The translations under genes were made by a program, and so were the position numbers. From the NCBI RefSeq assembly GCF_016433145.1, contig NC_058130.1:149651596-149715595 (forward strand): a stretch of DNA of 64,000 nt. The letters run 5' to 3'. The stretch is from Gracilinanus agilis. Its lineage: Eukaryota. The first letter of the stretch is position 1. The number at the start of each line of letters is the position of its first letter. Under the pieces are notes generated by a model. That model saw only the letters and a list, made by a program, of their open reading frames with translations, had not been told where the DNA came from and ran no database searches. This document shows positions 48,770-61,372 of the stretch, piece by piece.

Positions 48770-50600
48770 ATATATCTGTTCTTTCCCTGGAAACGAACAT
48801 GCACGTCATTCTTTAAATTGTATTTCTATTGCTGTGTATAATATTCCTTTCTGTTTGTTTCACTCTTTATAATTGCATGTAGGGCTTTCCATACTTTCCC
48901 AAAATTAACCTGCTCATCATTTCTTATTGCATAGTACTATTCTGTCATAATCAAATGTCACAACTTGTTCAGCCATTCTCCCAATGATAGGCATTCCTAG
49001 CATTTTGTGATATGCAGAAATGGGCAGCCATTTTCTGTAGGTACAAAATAGCATTTTGCCACTTTGGAACACAGAACCTGGCAGAGCACCCCAGGGCATG
49101 TGCCAGGGTGACAGTTAAGATCAAGGTATAAATTAAGGTCCACAAACCCCTGGGACTTCATTTATTTTTCTCATCTCCTTGGGTTAGGGAGGTGGTACCA
49201 AATTGGGCCCCTGGAGGTTTGGGAATTAGAATAGGCAGGCAGGTAGGGACAACCTTCATTGCTAGCCAAATCAATACCTTATTGGCATAGCCAATAACTT
49301 TTTAATCAAACAAGAGTTAACTTCAAGAATACAACAGCATCTGACCCAGGGGCTTGACAGCCTCTGGGCTCAGCAACAAACAGCAACAGAGTTGGGGAGA
49401 GACCCCCAAGGTCATACTCTGCACCTTAGGGAACAACTTTTGTTTCAATATTTATGTAATCTTATTACTTAGGCAAGATCATTTAGGGTTCCATCACCCA
49501 CTTTCCTTCTCCCTCTTACCAACCCTCAGTTTGATGTCAATAAACCCAGTTTTATTTATTATTTTTTATTTATTTATTATTTATTTATTTATTATTTATT
49601 TATTATTTATTATTTAGTTTAAAGCCTAAATAATCTTTGAAAGTCAACTTCTTACCTTAGTAACATTAACTAATTTCAAGCAGTCAGATCCAGGTAACAT
49701 CTCTAACTGGCTATAGTCATTTCCAAGCCTGTGGTGATCCTTCATTTGAACCCAAGGTTTCAGGAACTTATGTTCTATTTCCTGGATACTCCTACCAACT
49801 GCCTGCCTGGATTGGTTTCTAAGGCTTGTAGTTTAGCAAAGACTCTTCAGCTTTGAAGGAGACTTAGCCCAGCTGGTATGGGGAATAAATCTTATACTCA
49901 CATCTAGCTGTGGTTAGGGTCTCTCTCCTATTTGAGCAACCATCACTAGCATCTTTTGCCCTTACTGCTCATAACAATTTCCAGTTCTTTGCCATCACAA
50001 AGAGAGTAGCTATAAATATTTTGGAATATATATGGCTTTTCCCTCTTTTCCCCTGATCACCTTAAGAAATAAACCTAATAGTACAATTGTTGGGTGGAAA
50101 GGTTTATATAGTTTTATAACTCTTTGGCTATAATTCCAGATTGCTTTCCAAAATGGTTGAATCAGTTTTTAGACCCACATTTACTGTATTAATGTCCTCA
50201 TTTTCCCATTTGTCAGTGTACCTTTTCATCATTTTCACTAATCTGATAGGTGTAAGATTATATTTTAGAATTGTTTTGAGTTGTACTTCTCTAATCAATA
50301 ATGATTTAGAACATTTTTTCATATAGTTCCATATAGCTTTGGTTTCGTTAGCCAAAAACTGTCAGTTCATATCTTTTAACAATTTGTGAATTTTTTACAA
50401 GGATTTTTCCAATGAGGGAGGATATTTTCAGGGAATGAGAATAAAAATATGTGAATTGAACAATGATACATGTATAACCCAGTGGAATTGCTTGTCAGCT
50501 CCAGGAAGGGGGAGGAAAGGGGATGAAAATCATGAATCATGTAACAATGGAAAAATATTCTAAATAAAATTAAAAAATAAGATATGTTAAAAAAATTTAA
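48770..50600 (-). mobile_element. Old L1 3' region split by a solo LTR
   Basis: ttgttcagccattctcccaatgataggcattcctagcattt | ccagttctttgccatcacaaag rejoins across the LTR; degenerate ORF2 motif KKCSKSLLIRE at 50128-50355. Confidence 0.75.
49006..49976. mobile_element. Solo ERV LTR, 971 bp, containing a (TTTA)n tract
   Basis: TGT...ACA termini; 4-bp TSD ATTT at 49002-49005 and 49977-49980; AATAAA near 49538. Confidence 0.8.
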
Positions 50601-50745
50601 ATCACTTTTAAAAAATTGCTCCTGGCACAAGAATTCCTATTTATTCCATTGCCAAGGATAAAAATACACACACACCAACAAAACAAACTCACCATGGAAA
50701 TAATTTGTATTTTAAAATTCTGTATGTATACAGAACAGTCAGGCA

Positions 50746-51262
50746 GTAATATTGAAATAGTATCTTATTAATTTCCTAAAACTAATCAAATGTTTTATTT
50801 GTTTTAATTATCTAGAAAATGATAAATTCTTTGATTTTTCCTTAGTCTCTGACCTCTAGCTCTGACAGTCTGTTAAAGTCAGAAGCAGTTTAGATTTAGA
50901 ATTTTTCACTATACAATATTTGTAGAGATCTCTCCAAAACTAAGCTTAGGACTACTCTGTCTTAGGCTATAAGGAACTGGAGAGAACCCTTCACACACAC
51001 ACACACACACACACACCTTCAACTTTCCTTCCTCTGAGAAAGAGAAACGCAGAAGGATTTTCTGGCTTGGTAATATTCAAAAAGATGAGAAATCTTCTCT
51101 AGGTCTACCAATAGCAGATACAGTCCTTTTAAAATTAGGGAACTTAGGGAACTTGTGAATTCTTGTGCAAATGAGTAACACAGAGGGCCCAAGAGAATAA
51201 TAAGAAAAGAGGGTGAGTTAAGGGAATAGACACTTTCTGAATACCAAAAGACATAGGTTACA
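50746..51262. mobile_element. Possible solo LTR (~517 bp) containing a (CA)n tract
   Basis: Ends GTTACA and is flanked by GGCA on both sides, but the left terminus reads GTAAT rather than TGTAAT. Confidence 0.4.
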
Positions 51263-51990
51263 GGCAGTGACAAAAATTGGGGGAGTTGAGAAAATCTTTT
51301 ACTGAGCCTCCAAATTCTCCTAAAGTGTTGCCTAGTTGTTTATATTATGTTTAATTATAACAAACTACCAAGTGGGCTATAATTGGATCTATGGAATATT
51401 ATTGCCAAAGCACAAGAACTTTTTAACTTTTTTTAACTTTTTAACTTTTCATCTTTAAATTGCATCTAAGAATTAAAAGGTCTCTAAAAGTACAAAAGTA
51501 TTTTCATTGTCTTTTGGATCCAGTGGATGATGGGATGCAGGATTGTTGACCACATTAATCGTATTTAAAAATAAAAATTTTAATCAAGATGCAATGCATC
51601 ATGTAATTACTAGTAAAAATTTTGCTTTTATATTCATTCTTTTGGCATCCTAATTTAACTTACATTGAGAGTGGTTCTGCCTCATATCAAGTGTAGGAGA
51701 GATGAATATTTCAGCATTAAAAATTGTATTTTAAATCTCTACCATTAGTGTTCACAACATGCAGAGAACTAATGTATCTCTAATATGGTGTATTACTTTA
51801 ACATGATTAGGAACTTGTGCAGGAGTTTTACACCATTTTTGTGACATAGCTCTTTGGCAATCTGGTGAATCCTATGAACCTTTTCTCAGAAAGAAAAAAA
51901 AGTAACAGAAGTCAATGCTAAATTTCATTTAGAAGTAATATGAGTGGTAATTCTAAGCAATAGCATTCTCATTTTAATCAGCATCTAGGA

Positions 51991-52472
51991 CAGTGATGGT
52001 GAACCTATGGCATGGGTGCCAAAGATGGCACACAGAGGGCTCTCTGTAGGCATGTGGACACCCTCCCTCCAACCAGAGTTAGTTACTAGAAAGGCAGAGG
52101 GACTTGGGTTGAGTTGCTCCCTTCCTCATCTCCACAGTGCCTGATGACATTTTTTCACATCATCTCCTCTGTGTAAGGGAATAAGGTAGGTGGCTCACAG
52201 ATGCCAGACCTGGAGGGAAGTGGAGTACTCAGGCCACTCACCTCCCCCTCTCTATACTTGCTGAGAATACTCTTTATTTTACCAGCCTCTCTGCCCAGCA
52301 GCCCAGTGGGAGTGCTTTCTCCTTCTCCTGTGTGAGGTAAGGGAGGGGGTAGGATGCCCAGCACTTGGTGTAGGGAAGGGGCATGGCATGCAGTTGGGGG
52401 GCACAATAGTTGGTCTTGGGGTGGGGTGGGGCAGGACCTGGCACTCTATCTCTAAAAGGTTTACCATCACTG
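51991..52472. mobile_element. Non-autonomous hAT element, 482 bp, from a second family
   Basis: 16-bp TIR CAGTGATGGTGAACCT / AGGTTTACCATCACTG; 8-bp TSD ATCTAGGA / ATTTAAGA (6/8 match). Confidence 0.88.
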
Positions 52473-53744
52473 ATTTAAGACATCTATCTGCACCTCTACT
52501 TGTACTTCTTCCCTTAGTAATTTCTTTCTTAGACATCTGCTGCATACCTCTATTCCTTCCATTCTGGTCAGCTTCTTACCTCAAAGAAAACCCATTTCAT
52601 TCTCTAAATATGTAATGCAGATATTTCTTGGCTTAGCTATGCAGACTATGGAGTGTGTCCTCTCTTGTAGGATGGAACTTGACTGCTCCGTGGTCATCTG
52701 CAGTCTTCAAGATACCTTAACATTGGGAGGAAGACTGCATATGTGCCAATGGCAGAGCTGTCTCTTAGGTAATAAGGGTGTTAATTCACCGGTACACACA
52801 GTTTTTTTTTCTGTTATTAGTTTTAAGTTAAAGTAAATCAAGTCCAAGCCCAAGGAATCACTTAATTTAAATAAACTTTAAACTACAGTTGAACACTTTT
52901 CCATGTTTTATGTAGTCATGATTCCTATGACAAATCCTTTAGTCTATAAAACTCAGGAACAACAATGAAGGCAATAAAATATCTGTTAAAAAGGAAGTTC
53001 TTTAGCAAACAAATATGAAAGATCTTGTGCTTTGGTCCAATTTATGATAGGAACCTAAAGAATAGAAACTTCAATAGATCACAACTATCCTTGTCTACCC
53101 ACCTTCTGTTGCTCTGTCCATGTACTACTATGTTCCGGGGGAATCCTCTCTGAGTTGCTCAACAGGACTTCCTTTAGATTTTTTGCTTTTGCTTGGATAT
53201 CATTGGAGTAGATGAGCCATCCATAAGTAATCTGTCAGGGTCACTTAATGATTAGTCCACCTCTTTTTCCAGTTATACATTTCTCTGATGAAGTATTTTC
53301 TGCCTTTTTTTTTCTTCAATTCTTCAATAGTCATGCATTATAGGCTATTCACAGCCACCATTCACCTCTCCACTGCCTTTTAACTGTCTAAATGTGTATT
53401 CTTCAGATGTTAGTATTGAAAAACAAGTACATACAATAGTTGAAGGGAGTGGGAATTTCTGATTATGATGAAACAGAGCAGAAATGAAAAGGTAAAAAAG
53501 GAACGGAAAAGAGGAGAAAAAAGGATAGAAAAGAACAAAACCAGAGTAAAGCAAAGATAAAAGAAAGAAAAGCTCTACTTGGGATGTGGTGTGATCTCAC
53601 CAAGAAGAATAGAGAATATAGCTTCAATATATGAACAACTGGAGGTGGTGAATACATAAGAGACTTGAAGATTTATCATGCTTCCATGTGAAATTGATTT
53701 TAATAATAACAATGATGATGATGATGATGATGATACATACCAGT

Positions 53745-53957
53745 CACTTTCCTACTTACTTTAAGAATATAGTTCATTTCTTACAACTCCATAAGGTAGG
53801 TGCTATTATTATCCCCATTTTACAACTGAGGAAAGTAAGGCAGAGGTTAAATGATGTGCTCAAGGTCACATAGTCAGTGAGTGTCTGAGGAAAGATTTGA
53901 ACCCAGGTCTTCTTGACTACAGTCCAGCACTCTATTCACTGTCCAACTTAGCTGCCT
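53745..53957 (-). mobile_element. MIR-type SINE
   Basis: ggtaggtgctattattatccccattttacaactgaggaaagtaaggcagaggttaaatga...tttgaacccaggtcttcttgac. Confidence 0.8.
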
Positions 53958-54594
53958 TCATTTTTGTCCTCCAAATACAAAAATGTACATTTATCCAGAA
54001 TAAATTTTATTTTCTTATATTCAGTCTAATTCTCATTTTTAAGGATTTGGATCTTGATTCTGTATTCACTGTGTTAACCATCTATTCTGGCTTATTGTCA
54101 TCTGCAAATTTCATCAGTATACCATCTATCCCTTTATCCAAGTCACAATGTTAAACAGGAGAAGACCAAATAATTCTGTAAAGAAGAAATATCAACTCAA
54201 TAATCACAGGAAAAATGCTCTACATTCTTTATAATCAGAAAAATACAAATTACATTAGCTACACAAATCTACCTGACTCCTACCCAATTGGGAGAGATAA
54301 TAAAAAACAACAAAGCCCAATGCTGGGTATATGTTGGGGCATTTTGGATAAGAAAAGTTTACTATTACATTGCTTTTACATTTGTGAATTGCTCTCATCT
54401 TTTTGAAAAGTGAGAAAGTATTATATAGAAAGAATTATAAAAAAAGGTGAATTAATAGACACTCTACTAAGACTATGCACCAAGAATATTATTTAAGGGG
54501 AAAATGTTGAAAATAAATAATATGTGTTTATTATATATCTATTATGTATCTACCTACATATATATGTATGATTACATTATATATTGTGCACAGG

Positions 54595-55121
54595 TATATG
54601 GATGTTCAAGGACAATTAACTCCTCTTTTGTGAGGGTTTGCCAAGATATTTTCAGGGCTGCTCATCCATCTTTAGTGTCCACCTTTCACCCAACTCTCAC
54701 CTGTGACTCCAAGAAGCTGTAGTATGAACATGTCCACACCATGGCAAACCATCTCAGCAGATGGTCTAAACCAAGTTGAGGGAAACTGATAAGGAGTATC
54801 TGATCCAAATACATAAAGTCTTCCTCTGTTGGAATATGGGCAGATGAAAACAACTTATTCCAACAGCCATGAAGGTGGCTGAAGCAGGTATGGAATGCTC
54901 AGAGCTTGATCAGACATCAAAGATGCCAAAATCATCCACTGCATCCAGAGTTATCTCTAATCATGCTGACTTTTGTCTTGGTACTAGATTTCCAAGACTC
55001 TGGAAGAGAGAACAAGCCTGTTGACTTTATGCAATTCTGACTCACTTAAATCCAATTTAAGCTTGAGTCAAAAGACATCACTCAGTGATGTCATTGGTCC
55101 TCTTCAAAAACAGACAACAAA
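54595..55121 (+). mobile_element. RTE-related marsupial retroposon fragment (family not assigned)
   Basis: The 3' end gatgtcattggtcctcttcaaaaacagacaacaa resembles marsupial RTE-derived elements from memory. Confidence 0.45.
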
Positions 55122-56133
55122 AACATTATAAGACACAGTGCATTTATATAACACACACATTAATAATGTGCCATAATAAACAAAGAAAATTAAGAAATAT
55201 TGGAGGATGTCTATGAGGTAATGCATAGTTAATAAAGCAGAATTAGTAGAATAAAATATTTGATAATGACTTGTAAAAGATAATTTTGAATACCAAAAGT
55301 TCATGTTACACACAAAGTAGAGAAATTTTAAAATGATCAGGAAAACAAGAATGGTGACCACTATGTTCCTCTATAATAATAAAGTCAACACATCTAATTT
55401 CTTTGGTTGGGAGTGGGAATAGTAACAATCAATGAATAATGGAAGCTTGAGACACATAATAATTTGTTTCTGGTTGCATCTCCTCTCATTATGTTCTTAT
55501 TTATATATTTGAATATTCGTACTTAACTTGTGAATTGAAAATAAAATTTATTAAAATAAATTAAATATTTTAACTACTCATATGTAATTTTAAAAAGTTA
55601 TTGTAATTTTGAATAGTTCTATAAATGAGTGTTGAGTTTTTAATTTTTAAAATGGGAGGAATGTAATAGAATCAAGGAATATTAAAACTAGAAGTGTCCA
55701 TAAAAGATCATCTAGTATAAGTCCATTTTATAAAAGAAGAAATTAAACCACAAAGAAGGGAAGTGACTTGTCCAATGTAACACAGCTACTAATGTTATTT
55801 TTATGTTTTCAAAGTACTGTGGATATATCTTCTTTCAATAAGATTCCCTTAATTTCTACTTTTAAAGGTGTTTTTAATCATGTGTGGAGTAAGCACCAAT
55901 TTTAGTTTTATAAAATTATAGATTCCTCATGGAAGATCATAAAGCATTGAGAAAAAATGTAATGAAAATCAAGAAGGTGTTGAAATGCTGTGATTATTAT
56001 TAAAACACAGAACTCCTTCTATAAGCCTTCTCATTCTGAATTATTCTTCGTTCCTCCCCATTAGTCATTTATGGCCACTCTACAGTTTAACAAAGCTACA
56101 AAATTATTAATAGTTCATACATGATTAAAAAAA

Positions 56134-56307
56134 CTAACTCTGTCTTGGAATCAATTCTCTGTATTGGTAGCAATGCAGAAGAGCAGTATATAGACTAGCC
56201 AATTGTGCCAGGGTTACCCAGTTAGAAAACTTCTGATGTCAGATTTGAAGCCAGGACTTCCCAATTCTAGTCCTAGTTCTCAATCCACTGAGCCACCTCA
56301 CTACCCC
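56134..56307 (-). mobile_element. Diverged SINE1_Mdo-type SINE
   Basis: Reverse complement ggggtagtgaggtggctcagtggattgagaactaggactagaattggg... Confidence 0.75.
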
Positions 56308-56912
56308 AATACCAAATTTAAAAAAAAGGAAAAAGAAACAGAGGACATTGTGATCTTCTTTGACATCAATAATCAACATTATTTTCCATGTGATTCTTGG
56401 TAAATCACACCTCTATTCAGTTCTCATTTTCCTCCCACTGATATATTTATAATTTTCTCCTGTTGTCAAAGCATTATTTAGAATTAAATGGAAAATATTT
56501 AACTCAACTATTGACACGAATGTATGTTTTTTTTTGGTAATTCTTCTACCCCTATTGCCTCAGAATGAAATGTAGTTAACACTAGGTTCTCAAAGACAAT
56601 GTTGAGAGTACAGACTGGAAGGTTTTCCCATGCTGGAAAGGTTTGGAGTGCACTTGGTGACAGACTTGTTTGAGGACCATCACAGTTACTGTAAGTCCAG
56701 AAACCCAATAGTACCAGGTTGACCGTCATATTTTTCTTGACAGAAACTCACAAAATCCCTTACTAAATCAAAGTAAGCCTAAGCTATATGTTAATAGAGG
56801 AAGCATCCAGAAAAGTGATATGAATGGAAACCTACATCTTCAGAATCCAAATCGATTTTCTATTAAAAGTCACCTGTTTTCTTGCCAATGATAAACCCCT
56901 GTACCAACTGTT

Positions 56913-57845
56913 TCAGAGTCTTTGTGAAAATACATTTCTTCTCAGAAGCTTTTTCACAGCCCCTTTCACTTCTTTATTTCTCAAGCTATAGATAATGGGG
57001 TTTAGCATGGGAGTCACCACTCCATAAAACAAAGTAATGAACTTATCAGTTTCTTGAGAATCTACAGATGATGGTTTCAGGTACATGGAAAGAGCAGTCC
57101 CGTAGTATAAGATCACCACAGTAAGGTGAGCTGAACAGGTGGAGAAAGCTTTGCTTCTTCCATCTGCTGAGTTGATTCTTAGGATGGTGAAGAGAATGAA
57201 GCTATATGAGATGCAAATTAAGAGCATTGGGATTGGAAGGAGAAGCACACTGACCACAAGCATTATCAAGTCCATGACCAATGAGCTTGTGCAAGCTAAT
57301 TTCAGAAGTGCTAGGATTTCACAAGTAAAGTGATTGATGGAACTCCCACAAAGAGGCAGTTGCAGGGCAGAACTGGTTTCTAGTAAGGCAGTGAGGCAAC
57401 CTGTTATCCATGACCCAGCTGCCATCTGCAGACAGACCCTCTTGTTCATGATGATAGGGTATCTAAGGGGGTGACATATTGCCACATACCGATCATATGC
57501 CATCACGGCAAGGAGCAAACACTCTGTGGACCCCATGGCAAGGGAGAGATACATTTGTAGGGCACAACCTATGAAAGGAACAGTATTTCTTTTGCCTATG
57601 AATTTCACCACCATAGGAGTTACAGAGGATGTCGTGTAACAGATGTCCATGAATGAGAGATTGCTGAGAAAGAAGTACATAGGAGTATGAAGATGGGTAT
57701 CTAGGATGCTGATTGTAATGAGAATGCTGTTTCCCAGTAGAGTTACCAAGTACATCAAGAGACACAAGATAAAGAGGATGATTTCAAGTTTGGGATATTG
57801 GGAAAACCCCTCCAGAGTGAATTCTGTCACTGTACTCCAGTTCAT
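56913..57845 (-). CDS. OR13F1: Olfactory receptor OR13F1-like, 310 aa from the first in-frame ATG after the uORF stop, intact
   Basis: Recalled human OR13F1 segments (QMYLSLAMGSTEC, AGSW.TGCLTA, LLLP.PMLLICISY, YGTALSM.LKPS.VDSQE.DKF) match closely. ATG at 57845 (MNWSTVTEF). Orthology is inferred from memory. Confidence 0.9.
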   Translation of the reverse strand: MNWSTVTEFTLEGFSQYPKLEIILFILCLLMYLVTLLGNSILITISILDTHLHTPMYFFLSNLSFMDICYTTSSVTPMVVKFIGKRNTVPFIGCALQMYLSLAMGSTECLLLAVMAYDRYVAICHPLRYPIIMNKRVCLQMAAGSWITGCLTALLETSSALQLPLCGSSINHFTCEILALLKLACTSSLVMDLIMLVVSVLLLPIPMLLICISYSFILFTILRINSADGRSKAFSTCSAHLTVVILYYGTALSMYLKPSSVDSQETDKFITLFYGVVTPMLNPIIYSLRNKEVKGAVKKLLRRNVFSQRL

Positions 57846-57854
57846 TTCAGTCAC

Positions 57855-57872
57855 TTATCCTCTGTCTTCCAT
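57855..57872 (-). other. 5-codon upstream ORF (MEDRG*) directly after the splice acceptor of the OR13F1-like coding exon
   Basis: Minus strand: ttccttcag|ATG GAA GAC AGA GGA TAA GTG ACT GAA ATG AAC TGG. Confidence 0.7.
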
Positions 57873-60100
57873 CTGAAGGAATATAGAGAAAATATTACCT
57901 AGGTAATATCATTAGTACATATAAAGAGTACATATAAAAATACATATATGTACACATAGTACATATAAAAACTTTATTTTCTCTACTTTGACATTTAATC
58001 TTCTAAGAAGATTATTCTAAAATGTACATTCTCCCATCAAAAAAGTATGGAATGATAAGTATGCATAAGAAATGAAGGGGCAGATTCAAAAATACTGGAT
58101 TGGATAACATCCTTAGGAAAAGTTCCTTCTATATCTGAGATTTTTTTTATTTTTCCTGCAAAGACAGGATATGTTGATAAATGATAAACATTAACACAAG
58201 GTAGCCTATCCAAAGCACCAATAGGATGAAATTAAGAGAATCAAGACTTATGATAGGAAAATATTTAAAAAACTATACTGATAAGCTTAGTATGCATGAA
58301 GTGGTGAGCAAAAAAAAAAAATAAAAAAGATTTCAAAGGAATTGGATATAAACTTTCATCTGAGTAGCCTTCTTTGCCTTGATAGTTTCCTATATCTGGC
58401 ATATACTCTCTTCTTTTCTCCACCTTTGAAAATCCCTTTCTTCCTGCAGAGTCCCCAAAAGATATCTCTTCTACCTTTCTAAACTCCCCCAGTTGCCAAG
58501 TGTTTCTTCCCTCTTGATATTACTTTTTTATCTTTTCTAAGTCTTTGTATTTACATATTTATTTGAGCAGAGTTTTATTGCAATAGCAGAATATAAATTC
58601 CATGGTTTTGATAATCATTTTTCTTTTGCTTCCCAAGAGCTTAGAATGGTGCTTTACACCAAATGTTAAGGACTTTAAAAATGCTATGCTGTGGCCCATA
58701 ATATTTTGGATATTATGATTTTGGAGATAAAAAGTGCTTTAACTAATTTTGGTAATTTAAAAATAATAATGATATTTTACTTTCCTGGTATGTGTCATAA
58801 TGAGTTATACTATTAGTAAAATGACATTTCCCTCTTACATATGAACACTAACCTTAAAATAGTTCAGACCACAAACTTGCAAAGAACTTTACTATAAATG
58901 ACTACTCTTATTTAAGGGATAATGTAAATGCCTGAACACTGTGCCATGAGTAAAAATACAAAAAAAGAACAAATTTAACAAGTTTTGAGATATGTAAATA
59001 ACAAATGTAAGAAAAAATTGTATAATGGAAAGAATGAATTTGGAGAATGAGAACATGGATTGAAATTCCAGCACTTATCCTTACTGCCTCTATAATGTTA
59101 GCCAAGTCACTTAATTATGAGCCTCAGTTTCTTCTCAAAAATTATGATGTTGGATTGAGATTCTATAGAATTTTCATATATTGACCTCTGAAGCACATGC
59201 TGTACCTTAAAATCTGAACTCCCTTGAATTTAGGAGAAGAGAGAGAAAAGGAATACTTAATAACTTAAACATTGTAGGGTAATTTGTTAAATTCCAATTA
59301 GTGTAGTGCAGAGGGGAGAGACTGGAAGTGAAGAAAGAGTTTAGGAAAGCATTGCCATAGGCAAAGAGAGAGGAAATGTGCAATAGCCATGTTCAAGAAG
59401 GGACAGATTTTCAAGATATTTCTCTGGAAAGAAGTAATTGACAAAACTTAGTTATTCTCATGTTGGGAAGAGAGAGAAAGAGAAATAGACAAAGAGAGAG
59501 AGACAGAGAAGGGAATGAAAATTGATTCCAATATAAGTTTGGGTAACTGAGACAAGTCTTGAAGTAAAAGCTCTTAAACCAGTCATCTTCAGGTATTAAA
59601 GTTCACTATCTTATTTGTTTTATTGTGTTAAAAGCAACATAGTTCTAATGAGTCATGTAGTAAAGTAGGTGAGACCTTAGAAAGTATCATAGGATCGAAG
59701 ATTTAGACATCAAGTCAAACCATCTCGTTTTATAAGTAAGGAAATTGAGGAGAATAGAGGTTAAATGACTTTCCTAGCATCATGTGTCTTGTAAGTTTAT
59801 GAGGCAGAATTTGAATTCGAGTCTTTCTGGCCCCAAACCCAATGTGTTCTCCCCTGAGTCTTTCTCCCAGCCATAAGAAAAATGCTCACTTACCTTATCT
59901 TTCAGGGTTTCAATTATGAGCACATGTAATATCAATAACTCTCCTTTTTATTCTTTTTAATTTGAGTTCTCCTCTTATTCACATTTTCCTGATAGCTCTG
60001 AAAATAAAATTTACTTGCTGAAGAACAACGCCAATCTTGGCCACTAGGAAATCAGTCTATGCTTACTGTCATCCACATTTTTCATCTATCTCTTGTTGCT

Positions 60101-60221
60101 TTTAGGGACTTTTAAGGTTCCCTGAGCAATTTAAAGCTATGACTCTCAAACATGAGGAGTCAGGAACTTCATAATGTTTTGGGAATAAGGTCCCAAAGAC
60201 CCAATTACAATCAGCTTCTTA
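60101..60221 (-). promoter_or_regulatory. Candidate OR promoter module for the OR13F1-like gene
   Basis: Minus strand: TAAGAAGCT-gatt-GTAATTGGGTCTTTGGGA, then 71 bp later CTTTAAATTGCTCAGGGAACCTTAAAAGTCCCTAAA. A perfect donor AAG|GTAAGT follows (intron starts at 59893). Confidence 0.7.
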
Positions 60222-60639
60222 GAATGTTTTTGGAATGTTGTTCATTTGTACTTTGGTCTGAAACATGTCTAACAACCAAAGGCAGGTAAGCGAGAGGCAA
60301 ATAGTTAAGTAATTTGCTCAAGGTCACACAGATAGCAAATGTCGGGTACAATTTGACCCCAATTCCTCTGACTTCAGAGCCAGAACTGTTCCCACCATAT
60401 CAAGCTACTTCACTTTCTTTCCTCATCATCTAACCTAACATGAGAGATTAGGACTAATTCTTTTATAGGAGGGTGACCAAAATAGGGGAAAAACAGGTTT
60501 TAAATATTATTCCAGAATGTTTTACCTCCTTGTTTTTTTCAGACTATAGGTGAAGAGATTGAGTATGAAAAGTAACCACAATAAAATAAGAACATAAATA
60601 CAACTAATGTCTGTAAACCTGAGAAAGGCTTTAAGTAGG

Positions 60640-60900
60640 CAGCCATGTGACACATTTAATGGAGCATTGGATCTGGAGTGAGGAAGATCTGAGTTCAAAC
60701 TAGGCTTCAAGTAATTAATAGCTGGGTTGCCTTAGGCAAATAACTCAACCTCTGTTTTTATCAAGTTCCTCAAATGCAAAAAAAAAAAGGGGGGAAATAA
60801 TAATAGCATCTACTTCCCAGAATTGTTGTATCAAATGAGATGTTTATTAAAGTACTTAGTACAGTGTCTGGCATATAGTAGGTGCTTAATAAATGTTTTT
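60640..60900 (+). mobile_element. MIR-type SINE
   Basis: ggatctggagtgaggaagatctgagttcaaac...ataataatagcatctacttccc...ctggcatatagtaggtgcttaataaatg. Confidence 0.75.
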
Positions 60901-61372
60901 AAAAGTACATGAAGAAATCCATCTCAAAGAATAAAGTCATCACTATCAAAGAGGCTTCATAGAGGAAAAAATGTTCTGCTTCTATGTTCAGTTGAGTTGA
61001 ACCTCTGGTGACTAGGGATGATATAAAAATAAAGGACACGGATGGGGAACATTGGAATGAGAAAGAAGGATGCTAACTATCATCACCATGAGAGACACCA
61101 TCATGCTGAGATTTTCACAATCCAGTTTGAATATCACCAGGATTTCACAGGAAAAATGATGAATAATTGTATGATCAAAAAAGAACAAGTGAGAGAATTA
61201 ATGGTAAGCATTTTGTATTGCACTTTAGTACTTTACAACTATTATTTTGTTTTATCCTCCCAACTCTGAGAAGTAGGCACTATTATTATGAGGCCTTTTT
61301 CAAGGATAAGACAGAGAGAGGTTTATTGACTCGCCAAGGTCACACAACCAAGAAGTGTAAGAGGTAGGAAAT

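Noticed and set aside
48577-48816. ORFs containing X runs (also 63050-63706)
   Set aside because: They are artefacts of translating across assembly gaps.
57910-57970. Short TACATATAAA repeats in the OR13F1-like intron
   Set aside because: Low-complexity AT-rich repeat with no counterpart in the paralogous introns.
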